From assembly GCA_032718475.1 (NCBI GenBank), contig JAUCBJ010000816.1, positions 1 through 64,000 on the forward strand: DNA of 64,000 nt. Reading direction: 5' to 3'. Under the pieces are notes generated by a model, which was not told the origin of the DNA, ran no database searches, and saw only the letters and a list, made by a program, of their open reading frames with translations. Numbering within the stretch: the stretch's first letter is position 1; each line of letters begins with the position of its first letter. Origin of the DNA: Nemertoderma westbladi. Lineage: Eukaryota > Animalia > Xenacoelomorpha. A program made the translations under genes and the position numbers. Shown here piece after piece: positions 40,115-51,400 of the stretch.

Positions 40115-40431
40115 GGGTATTACAAAACAAAGAATCAAGACCTGTACAAAACAAAGTGGTAAGTCGCGTTAGGTCCCAAAGAGCGTTAGGTCCCAAGGAG
40201 CGTTAGGTCCCAAGGAGTGTTAGGTCCCAAAGAGCGTTTGGTCCCAAAGAGCGTTAGGTCCCAAGGAGCGTTAGGTCCTAAAGAGCGTTAGGTCCCATTG
40301 CCATCTAAAGGAGTAGGTTAGTAAAGGAGCAGGTTACAGAGGCGTGATGGGGGGAACCAAAATAATAAACGAATGTTAACACATGTGTTTGTAAAGTTCT
40401 TGAGTCTTTGGTCTTTGTTTTGTACTCACCC
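40115..40431. mobile_element. Mutator-like MITE with 9-bp TSD, carrying a 17-bp tandem repeat
   Basis: TSD ATTCCATCT at 40106-40114 and 40432-40440. TIRs GGGTATTACAAAACAAAGA / TCTTTGTTTTGTACTCACCC. GCGTTAGGTCCCAA(A/G)GA x~8 at 40166-40297. Confidence 0.75.
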
Positions 40432-41309
40432 ATTCCATCTCGGCGAATTAATATCTCGCCTCAAAGTTAAATGATCAATTAAGGGTACTTATAATGACAC
40501 CGTATTCAAACTAACACAGTAACTTAATCTGTAAAGTGCTGCTTGTAGCTTTGCTGTACTGTTTGTATGTACAGTATCCCAATACCAGTGGAAAGGAGGA
40601 GTTACATTCCCACCATAGTTAGCAATGAAGCTAAAAATAGCTCAATAGGTGACAGACAACACTTCACCTTGTGAGATTGGTAGCCACCTCTCTCTGTAAT
40701 GTGGGGTCATGTTCCCACGGAAGTATCTTGCAGTTTTTCACTCAATAACTAATAAAGTCCGTTGGTACAGTAGCAAAGCATTAACAAATCAGGGGCGAGC
40801 TGCTGTTGATATTAATGGAGACATTACAAATCTACACTATGTAAATTGCTACAATATGATAATGCTAGCTAGTTCAATAACTTAGTGTACAAGTAAAATG
40901 AAGTGAGAACGTGAGCTTGAAACACCGGATGAATAAGATGACGATGATTAATGTTTGCGCCTCTATTAATATTTTAGTTACTGATTTGAGGCCCTCAATA
41001 TCTGCGCGCATCAATGTTTTTTCTCTCACTAAATATGTTTGTGTAGGGGACGCACTGCATTGCGGCGCACACCACACCCCCCCCACCCCTTAATGTAAGA
41101 TAATTTAACCATCTGAATGTACATATAAAATGCGGTTGTAAACGCTACGCCGACAATCTACAACCAACGCAGACAACTATTGTTAAAGCTAATTAAAGTT
41201 AATTAACAATTGAGAGAAAGGAACAGGTTACAGTGGAAGGTTATACTAACTTCAACTTTTATTAACTCCAAAAAGACCAAAAGCAGTTAAACAAACAGTT
41301 AACTTTGAA

Positions 41310-42000
41310 AGTCCTCAGCAAGTCTCTGATCGGATGAGCATAAGCTCAAAAGATGGTATGCTTGAGCATGTGGATGACTTCTGTTACCTGGGATCATGGA
41401 TCCGGAAGTCAGGTGAGGACCTTCGAATACGTAAGGGAAAGGCATGGGCAGCCTAGAATAAGCTTTCCAGGATTTAGAAGTCACCGAGAATTAATCGGAC
41501 ACTTAAAGTCCGATTATTTAGAGCAGCAGTAGTTCCAGTACTCCTTTATGGGAGTCCATGCTGGGCTCTAACTGCTGAGGACACCAAATCTCTGGATGGC
41601 ACATTCACAAGAATGCTACGCCGGGTTCATTGTGTCAAGTACAATGCACACATCTCCAACCAGACACTATATAACATTGGAGGTGTCTCATTGGTTCCCC
41701 CAAGCTTGACACTAGAACGAAATCGCCTCTGCTTTGCAGGACATTGCTTTTGCCGTGACGACCAGCCAGTGCATAATCTTGTACTTTGGCAGCCTCATGG
41801 AGTGAATAAGCATGGTGGACAGCCCATGATTTTTCTGAGACGCATCTTAAAGGACACTGGCCTTGAAGATGCGGATGATCTAGCAAATGTCATGGGTGAT
41901 AGGGAGTTGTGGCGGCGCAATTTTGTCGACAAGCCGGCACAGCATTCTTAAAAATGCAGCTGCAATGCAGCATGCCGATCCTAGTAGTAGTAGTAGTAGC
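41310..42000 (+). mobile_element. 5'-truncated RTE-clade non-LTR retrotransposon (degraded)
   Basis: One frame reads VDDFCYLGSW...GKAWAA*NKL...KVRLFRAAVVPVLLYGS..W...LDGTFTRMLR...FAGHC...LVLWQP...DTGL...MGDRELWR. In-frame TAG stops at 41454 and 41475; (TAG)6 tail at ~41982-41999. Confidence 0.85.
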
Positions 42001-44079
42001 ATCATAGTGGAAGCCAGAACAGCTCTGGAACAATTAAAATTGTTTTGTGCACATCCTGTGCCCGGGCCGGCGCAGGCACATCCGGGCCGGCGCGTTTCGT
42101 CGGCTGTTATCTCTGGAGAGGAAGTTGGGAAAAGATCCCGAGTTGGAAAAGATGTACCGAGAAACTATTAACTCTTACTTCGAGAACGGGTATGCGTGTT
42201 AGACACGGTAAATATATAACTGAGGTACTAGAACTATTTAATGTAGTTAGTTAGGAACATTATAATATTGAAATGTTTCAATTTTGTTGAATTTTTTTCA
42301 ATTTTGGACGTATCACTGTGCCGTGTAGTTAGTCAAATAATTTTTTAAAAGTGTAATATTACTAGAAATTATATTTTGTACATGTAATTTGTAATAACTA
42401 CAGTATCTATAGCAATTTGTAAATTGTGAGTTTGTGAAATTTTGATTTCGTCAATAAACATAAAGGAAATATACTTTCAATGCGAGCAAAAAATACTGGC
42501 AAATTCATATTAGAGACCAAATTATTCATTCAAACAAAGCTTACAATAGTTTTAGTGCCAAATCGAAAGCTTGAAGTTTCCAATCTGTTGTGAAAGCTTT
42601 TATTCAAAAGCTTTTCTTTTTAAACGATTTAGTATTTGTTAAATCTGATTGTAAAAATTCAAGTCTTGTTATCAATACATTATCATTAACATTTCCGATG
42701 ATATGGATATGATAAAGAAATTAATCAGTTTGCATCGAAACTCTATGAATTGACACTAAACTAATGCTTATTACCAACAACTACAACATCATAATCCAAG
42801 CTATCTCTAATGATGATACCATTCAAGGTTGAGACGAATCAGATGAGGACACAGATGATTGTGATGCCAATCTGTAGGACCAAACAGTCTCCCTCACTCT
42901 CATAGATCGGATCATAGACCGGATCAGATCTATAATCGGCATGCTGGAAGCAGCTGCATTAAGAGTCCTATTCCGTCAACTTCAAGGCAAGTGTCTTGAG
43001 GCGTCTCAAGAAAGCCATGGTCTTCAATTAGTCAGCTGTATACTGCGCTGTACAGTAATATATATAATATTCTGGAATATTTCGTTTATTTAATGAGTAG
43101 CTACGCAATAGTAAAATGACATCAAACTATTAATAGATAAAGAGAACATACAATATTAATATTTATATTAAGTAATATATTTCTGAACGAAACTAATAAT
43201 TATCTTACATATTATTTAGAATCGTTGCAAGGGCAGATTTCCATTGCTACGAACCATTCTAAGGATGAAGAAAAACTGCGGTGCGACTGGTGCATTATTG
43301 ACAACATTTATTTATTAAACAATTTCTTTTAGAACAGTAATTATAATAATAATAAGCATGATATTAACGATAAAACTACATAGGGGGCCTATTGTACAAT
43401 AAATAAAATACTTTATTGACCTTTTTGCGCCTCCATCTGTCTTATTTACCAACCTCGCTGCGCTCGGTAGTTTAATAACAGATCTCTGGACAAACGGTAC
43501 AGTAAATAAAGCATATATTTACCGTACAATAGATACAGTAGTTACTAATTAACGTGTAATGTGTTAGAATATTAACGTTCACATATTGATGCTAAGGCTC
43601 AGCTCACAGACTTCGTGGCTTGCCCCTTATTATTGAACTACTGTACTTGGGCTACTTCGGTTGGTCACAGTAAGTACTGTATGGGATAATAACAACAATA
43701 ATCCTTAAAAACCTCCTGAAAATTGTTGAAGAACGTGGACAGAGCTGGTACAGTACAATAATGTGCAAATCTATCTGATTGGTAATTTCATTACCTGTTC
43801 TTTTTCAACCCAGTCCACCTTTTTCAAATTTAAAAAGGGTAGATAACAAAGCTGAAAAAGGTGGACATGCTGTGTGACGCAACTCGCCTGTGATTGGTCT
43901 GTCCATTGTCCATGTTTTCTGTGTCCAGTCCACCCTTTTCAAACACCCCCATTTATAGGGCAGTGATTTTTTATGTCCTTTTTCCTTTTATTTGACTTTT
44001 TTGTCCGCCTTTTTTTACGAATTGTGGATAATGACTTTTGTTGTTCCCTTAAATGACTTTTTATGTATGTATTTCTTCC

Positions 44080-44960
44080 AACTGTCAGACAACTGATTTA
44101 TAGACTGTCAGACAGTTGATTTCAACATGCCTGTGCCAAAACATAGTACGTACTAAAAGGTAGAACGATCTATAATGGGCTATAACGATCTATAACGGGC
44201 TATAACTTTCTATAAACAAGCTATAACCACCTATAACGAGCTATAATATGAAAATTTATATTAAAAAAACGCCCCTTGGGTGTGTTTAACTTTTGGATTA
44301 ACACGGTGGTCTGAAAAATACCGCAGGTTAAAAATTAGGGTAGGCCTATCTGCCTATGCCTAATTGATACTGGTAAGTTTTTTTTATTGGCCTATATTGC
44401 TCACTATATTCCTGTATTCTATATCGACCAGAAGCTGACAGCGGATAGCAGGATGGAGGATAGACAGAGAGATAGGAGACCTCTCCACTGCTGCACTGTC
44501 TGATAGTCAGAAAATGCAGTAGGTCTAGCTGTCTAGTGGCTTGCTGACTAATGCAGTAATGACTGATTCCGTGATACCACAAAGATGAAAAGCATTATGG
44601 ACTAAAAAACCAAATTGCGTAATTAAATTACTGACTAGGAAAATAAATCCATTCTAAAATATGTTTTTTTATTGTAAATTTTCAGATTATAGCTCGTTAT
44701 AGGTGGTTATAGCTTGTTATAGGAAGTTATAGCCCGTTATAGATCGTTATAACCCGTTATAGATCGTTCTACCTTTTAGTACGTACCCCAAAACATTCAA
44801 AATTTGTTGATTTCTGGACTGTCGGACAGTTGATTTCACTATGCCTGTGCCAAAACAATACAAATTTGTTGATTTCTTGACTGTCAGACAGTTTAATTTA
44901 CAATAATTGTGGCAAAACATTCAAAATTTCATGATTTGTAGACTATAAGATAGATTTTCC
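44080..44960. repeat. Degenerate ~61-bp tandem repeat interrupted by a MITE
   Basis: GACTGTCAGACAGTTGATTTCAC...TGTGCCAAAACA units on both sides of 44145-44787. Confidence 0.6.
44145..44787. mobile_element. Mutator-like MITE with ~110-bp TIRs and 9-bp TSD
   Basis: TSD CCAAAACAT at 44136-44144 and 44788-44796. TIR GTACGTACTAAAAGGTAGAACGATCTATAA... is built of CTATAA subrepeats. Confidence 0.85.
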
Positions 44961-45049
44961 ATACGCGCCAGTGATAGAAGACTCTAAATTGAATAGTTTG
45001 TGGTTGTTGTCGATAATCAATTACCATATGACGTAGCAAAACACTCTTT

Positions 45050-45680
45050 TTATAGCCAAAAACTATTACCAATTGGTGGAAATGAGCAGGTTACAGTACG
45101 AAGCAGGCTTTTATAACCAAAACAATAAACGTTCACTTTACCAATTGAGGGAAAGGAGCAGGTTACAGAGGCGGGTTTTTCTAACCAAAACAATAAATTA
45201 TCACTTAACTAATTGAGGGAGAGGAGCAGGTTACAGAGGCGGGATTTTCTAACCAAAACAATGAACAGTCACTTTACCAAATGAAGGAAAGGAGCAGGTT
45301 ACTGAGGCGGGCTTTCTAACTAAAACAATAAACGGTCACTTTACCAAATCAGGGAAAGGAGCAGGTTACAGAGGCGAGATTTTCTAACCAAAACAATAAA
45401 CGATCACTTAACTAATTCAGAGAAAGGAGCAGGTTACAAAGACGAGATTTTCTATCCAAAACAATAACTTATATAATATAATAATATAACAATAACTAAA
45501 CAATCACTTAACTAATTGAGGGAAAGAGGGAAAGAAGCAGGTTCCAGAGGCAGGCTTTTCTAACCAAAAACAATAAACGATCTCTTTAGCAATTGGGGAA
45601 AGGAGGAGGTTACAGAAACGGAATTTTCTAACCAAAAGAATAAACGATACCACTTTACCAATTGCGGAAAAGGAGCATTT
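45050..45680. repeat. ~68-bp minisatellite (~9 degenerate units)
   Basis: AAAGGAGCAGGTTACAGAGGCGGG..TTTCTAACCAAAACAATAAAC..TCACTT recurs at ~45152, 45220, 45288, 45355 and 45423. Confidence 0.85.
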
Positions 45681-46351
45681 TACGGCGGCATTACTTTACA
45701 TTCTGTACAGTTGTATATATCCTTATTGGGACAACCTCTTTGCGTTTTAGCTAAAACCGGCCCAATACTTTCGATATCAGTGTGTTTTCGCTATCAAATG
45801 GGTAATAAGTAGATTTTTCGAACACATTGTATGTGGACTGATCTGTTAACATTTATAAAAAAAAAATAGTATAATGCTACAGTATATAATTCATTCTAAG
45901 GCATAGGCTTTATACAACCTACATACAGTACAATAAGCAATACTGCAAAATACTGCTCTAATACTGTAGTACTGGTACTGATAGCCTAAGAGAACAGCAG
46001 TAGAGAAACCGGTAGCATGGAACCTAACCGTAAATTTTTGGCGGACATAAAAAGTAAAAAAAGGATATTATGAGTGATTTAAACGGACAAGAAAAATTAT
46101 TGTCATTTTATAGGTTGGAAGGGCATATCGGTGTGAATCCGCTAACAAGGCCCTTTTCGAACTTGCCGCTTCAATTTACACTAAAGATACAAACAAACTA
46201 CTACTGTAAATAGTTATATTCTACTTTATTTATAATACTATAAGTACAGTAGATTTCCCTTTATGTTTTACTACTTTCCTATAACCACCGGCGACCGGCG
46301 TAATTAGAATCACAGGCAGTTTCTTTCTGGGCAGCCAAAGCAGCAGATGGT

Positions 46352-46540
46352 CTATTGAATTTTAACTTCACAGAGCGTCAGTGGTTTGCTGTCTGCCTGG
46401 AACACGACGACATAGCGACCTTGTTTCCCTTCACAACCGATACTTTGTACAGCAGAAGAATCAGCAGCTCCACATAGGTTCCCCATGTTGCTAGCCAAAC
46501 TTCTGAGGTAGACCTCATCCACACTGTCTACAACAAACAC
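46352..46540 (-). CDS. Terminal exon of an F-type lectin (fucolectin/FTP-like) domain protein
   Basis: Acceptor ctcattcAG at 46541. The peptide ends LCG...C...GRYVVV...LTLCEVKI*, the typical F-type lectin C-terminus. Upstream exons were not identified. Confidence 0.7.
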   Translation of the reverse strand: MFVVDSVDEVYLRSLASNMGNLCGAADSSAVQSIGCEGKQGRYVVVFQADSKPLTLCEVKIQ

Positions 46541-46766
46541 CTGAATGAGGTAGTAATAAATTGTGTCAATAGTGGAGTGGTGGTAACAAAGTTTAAAACA
46601 CCTCTGCAGTTACACAGAATTTATTATTAGAATAACTTACCACTAAAGTAGTACTCTGATCATAATTATCAAGTCAGATTTTATAACTAGGCTATTTTAT
46701 TCTATTAAATAAAAATACCATATTCTAGATTGATAGATAGGTTTAAACAATAGAATTAAATATGAT

Positions 46767-46949
46767 TCAACGAATAGAATGTTCTTCAAGTATATCGAAG
46801 AGGCCTCTATTGTTAGTGGAATCTACAGTTCCTAGGATCGAGGCCGAGTTGCCGATTAGGATGGCTATCAGGAGTCTTGGCAGCAGGAATCGATGAGACC
46901 GGGGTTCCTGTGTTGCTTGTCGAATCTTCCTGCCGACCTCTTTCAGGAA
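46767..46949 (-). mobile_element. 3' fragment of a CRE-like (restriction-like endonuclease) non-LTR retrotransposon
   Basis: Translates FLKEVGRKIRQATQEPRSHRFLLPRLLIAILIGNSASILGT, resembling the CRE C-terminal FLFQRLSIAIQRGNAASVLGT motif. Confidence 0.65.
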
Positions 46950-47521
46950 TGAGGTTTTATAACTGTTTCTGATATTTCAGACTGTAGAGAATACAGAATC
47001 AGTGAGTAGTTTACGTTTCAACTGTGGTATCTGACTCGCAAATTAATTTTTTCTCTAAATGATATATTAGTTAAGAATTTCATAAAATTGTTTAACCTTT
47101 TAATGGGTAAACTTTTAAACTGCAACACTGTAAAAGCTTTTGCGGATATAACAAGTCATTTTTGTCCGCAATTTACTGTGTAAGTGTTTTAGCGGACATA
47201 ACAAGCCATTTCCCCCGCAATGCGCAGTTGTTTGCGCTTTTGAAGACCTTTGACAGTTTAACCTGCCAAAATTAGAATGTCTTTTAGATGATATATATTC
47301 TTTAGCTTTATGACGAGTATTTGATACCCTACATTAGCCGAAGCCAGTCTATGCGCAATCATTCACCCGTTGGATATACCCGGGAGACTGAGTTCGGAGC
47401 TTAATGATTGATAGTGTAAGCCTACCGTATTATTCGACTGATCGTAATATATAATCTCTGACCAATATTATTCACTTTCGGGAAATATTAACAGTTCCTT
47501 TTGGACGTGGCGCTCTAAATA

Positions 47522-48382
47522 TGTAAACAGAGTTATGACTTAAACTAGACACAACGAAAAGGCTATAGATTAACGTATATGGCACATTCTTTAGGAGATG
47601 CTTTGTTATCAGTTACAATCATACACAATGCTGCACAATACTGCACACTAATCTGCCGACCTTCACTAAATTTGGTCACGTATAAAGAGAGCAACAGACA
47701 ATTTATGTTGGGCATATGAAATAGCATTAGATTCACTTCAAACCACTTAACATACATAGGTCGCAATCGTTTATCTGTAACCGGTCTCTCTAACCTTTAG
47801 TATATCAAGAAGGTGGGGTGTCTGACTATTGATCAGTATTCCGATATAATATTTCATCAACAAATATAACGAATAACCAACAGCAAAAGCAGTAATGTAA
47901 GATATGAATTGCATAGATATGTATGATAAGATTGTATGTAGGTAGGTCGATTTGATAACAGATATACGTTCTATAATTAAGCCTACTAATGTAAAGCTAA
48001 AGAATGCTGATATACGTAGGTGCCAAAGGCCGATGTTCTTAGGCTCTAGCAAAAAACATAAACACTGAACTACTGAGTTTCTGTATACACCTCCAACACA
48101 GAGACAAAAAACGCTCTGATTGGTCAACCGAACAACGAGAGAACAAAGAAACAAAGAAACGTCGACGTGGCAATATCAGCTGTTAGCCGTCGTCATGGTA
48201 GCGACACTGTTTTCAAGAGTATCTAGCTTATTGCGTCACGAGATTGCGGATTATGTTCTCTAAAGTACAAATACAATACAAATACATAAGAAATGACTTT
48301 TATGTCCTCTAAAACACCAGTACAGCAAGGACACGGCCTTTTTAAGGGAAAATAACCGGTTAATGACGCAAAAGCTTTTACA
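47522..48382 (-). repeat. Candidate 3' LTR of the BEL/Pao element
   Basis: On the minus strand a purine-rich GGGAGCGG is followed directly by TGTAAA (48382), and the segment ends TTTACA (47522), a 6-bp terminal inverted repeat. The second LTR is not in the window. Confidence 0.45.
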
Positions 48383-48460
48383 CCGCTCCCAGAAAATGGG
48401 ATTTAAGTCTATAAAATATAACAAATCACAGTTTCTAAAATATAAAAATACTCTAAACAG

Positions 48461-51400
48461 TTAGTCTTTCTTACGCGGACGGCGTTTACGCAGTTTTTTG
48501 AGGCTAGTAAGAGTCCTTTTCTCTTTGGGGCGAGCCACTTTACTAGGAGGGCTGTAACTCCTGGGTGAAGGGTGCAATACAATTGCATCAGAAGGTTTCG
48601 GATTGCGATCGGTATATCCGCCGGTCGAGGTACCTGGTTGATCGATATCAACTTCCGTGGAGCGAGGTCTAACAGCCTTTAGGGCGCGCCTCAGGACAGC
48701 AGCTCCTACGGGTCCTTGACGGGTTGTCTGGGCAATGGCGGTAGGCGGACCGTGGGTGGTAAGAAACTTCCTTGGTTTAATAGTTCTTTCCAGCTCGCGT
48801 TCTCGGGCTCGATATTCGTAGGGCCGTCGAGATACTTCCTGTAACTCAGGGTGCGAGTTGATAAATAAATCGCCATACTCAGGGTCTTGACGGATATAAT
48901 TGATCAAATGGTATGAAGTAATATCGTTAGGATTGACGTTCCTAAGGTATCTTCTAACAAATTTAGTGGAAATACACTCACCAACACGCTTCATTAGCTC
49001 GTAACTCGGTACGCGTGTTTTTTGTTCCACAGATGCTAATAAATAAGGATGGAACGCGTAAACTCCCTCGTAAGAGCGTCCAGGGTAGTATCGATGACGG
49101 GACTCACAATGTAAATCCGCGTTCGCTTCCCAAGCTCGAATGTAGCGCAGGGTAATCATTTCATCTACGCTCTCTAAATCGTGATTAAAGGGGCAATTAT
49201 AACTGGCATGTCCTTTAAGTTGACAGTGGTGGCATTGAGTCATAAATTGGGGGCAGACTGCAAAAATATGAGAGTTATTAATTCTGCAATACTCACAATA
49301 TATCTCCATCATTGGTTGTTCGTGGAAGTAGGAACAGGGTACGTCTGAGTCCATAGGAGTGAAATGGTCTCTCGATGCGCATAATCGACAACGTTTTCGA
49401 GAAACATAGTTAGCGTGTCGATAATCGTATGCGGTGAGACATTGTGGACCTTGATACCACTCTAAGACGTAGTCGTTATCGCTGCTCCGGGGCGCTGTAG
49501 GTTGAATCGCTTCAGCTTCTAAGCATATTGGTTCGTCTTCCAATTGCATAGCTGAGGTAGGTGCGGCTGTCTCCGCAAGCGGACCCACTGTCTGAACTTC
49601 GACGACAGAATAACCCGTGGGTATTCGGGGTCTTTGTATAACAGATGAGTGCAAGTTCTGTATACAAACGTCCTGAAAAAGGGCAAATCCCGCGCTGTTT
49701 AGCTTCTCCGCCGCTGAGTCTCTCAGGCTGAGTTTGGTCAGAGCGCGGTCCTTGAACTGACTATCAACGTTACGGAACGGAGTCAGAAAGCGCCTGAAAC
49801 ATTCAAAGCGGATGAATTTATTGTGTTCATCTAGCTTGGCGAGTTTGGTTCCAAGTATTAAGGGATGGGCGCGTATGGTACGACTGCACACATCGGCTAG
49901 CCAACCGGCAAGTGCTGCGTTTTCAAAGATCGTGTATATAGCTAAGGAGGGACGAAGCGGAACACTCATAAAGCTATACACGGCGCCAGGTGCGGTCAAT
50001 GGTCCATCAAAGTATAAACGAGAATAATGATCTCCGTATACTTGTTGGTAATTTATAGGATTTCCAACCTTGAAATTCCATCCGTATTCTTGAAAGGCAA
50101 GATGTCCGATGGAGGTTCGTTGTACTTTGGTAATTCCGCTGGGTGTATTGGCATACATAGTGCGGAAGAAACCTCGGCCTTCTGCCCAAGGAGCAATCAG
50201 CTGAGTATCAACGAAGGGGTATGGAATGTTCTCCATATTCCGAAAGTCGTTCTGTAGGTCTCCATAAACAGCTGAGCCGATTTTAAGGATTCCTTCGTTA
50301 AACAGCATCTCGAGCACGGGTTGGGGTAACATCGATCCATCGATACCCATGGCCGGCTTGCGCTCGGTGTCGGTGACGTAACGCTGCGCGAGTTCAAATT
50401 GTCCATGTCGGAGTTTCTTTTGTATCTCAGTAAGAGTTTCAAAAGAATAATCAATAACGTCGGAACACGCTCGAGTAAATACGTGGGTAGAACCAGCGAG
50501 TCCTCGTATGTGTATCATCCGCGTAGTTCCAAGTTCTCCAACCGGAACGCTACCTTCGTTATCGTAAGTGACAACTCCATACATCTCGATAACGTTAAGA
50601 GTTTCGTTCCACTCTTTAGTGGCGTTTTCGAGTGTCATTCCCACAGGATGCCACAAGGTAGCACATTCGCTAGCATTAGGCAGGTCTTTATACTTTAAAT
50701 ATTGTGTGGTATGTGTTTCCTCATCTCCATATCGTTGTATTCTTTCCTCCTCGAATAACACATCAAGATTCCAGTGCACTAAACGAGTTTTGATGAATCC
50801 ATCAAGATTATATGGAGGTATTGTTTCTTTCTCTATTCTGGAAACATTATATGGTTTTCGAAACGAGTTTACTTTAACTAACTGATCCAGATGTTTCTGC
50901 AGTTGTTCGAGTTCGACAAGATCGAGAGGATTTATTAACGGTAGAAACTTCAGACTATGTGTAGGATCTTCCGGTTTTACCATGTAATATTGTTTGAGAT
51001 TGACGTAATAAGGGTGATCTTTGATACCATAAAACGAGTCCGGTAAAGGTCTAGCGCGTATGTTTACATCGTGTACCATACGACGGACAAGATCTGCTCT
51101 ATTGTCCGGAGGTTCAACGAGTATACCATCGACACGAGCGGGTTCGATGGGCGGACGCTGCAACAGAGGAGCGTCGGCGATAAGATCGCGAGATCTTAGG
51201 TTGATATCAACCGGTTGGGGTTGTGCCGTCGCAAAAAGTTTGTCTCCGAAATGGGGAACCATCGAGGGATGAAGAATGGTTTTAGAGTAGAGATCCGTCA
51301 TAAGGATTTGCGCTTCGGGTTGAGCTAAAGCCGCTTCTTCTCTCTCATCCAGTTCTATATGTCTCTCCTCGAGCTGATTCTCCTCCGCTTGTTGTTGTAG

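Noticed and set aside
42050-43020. Possible degraded coding or transposase remnants
   Set aside because: Frequent stops and no motif I can name.
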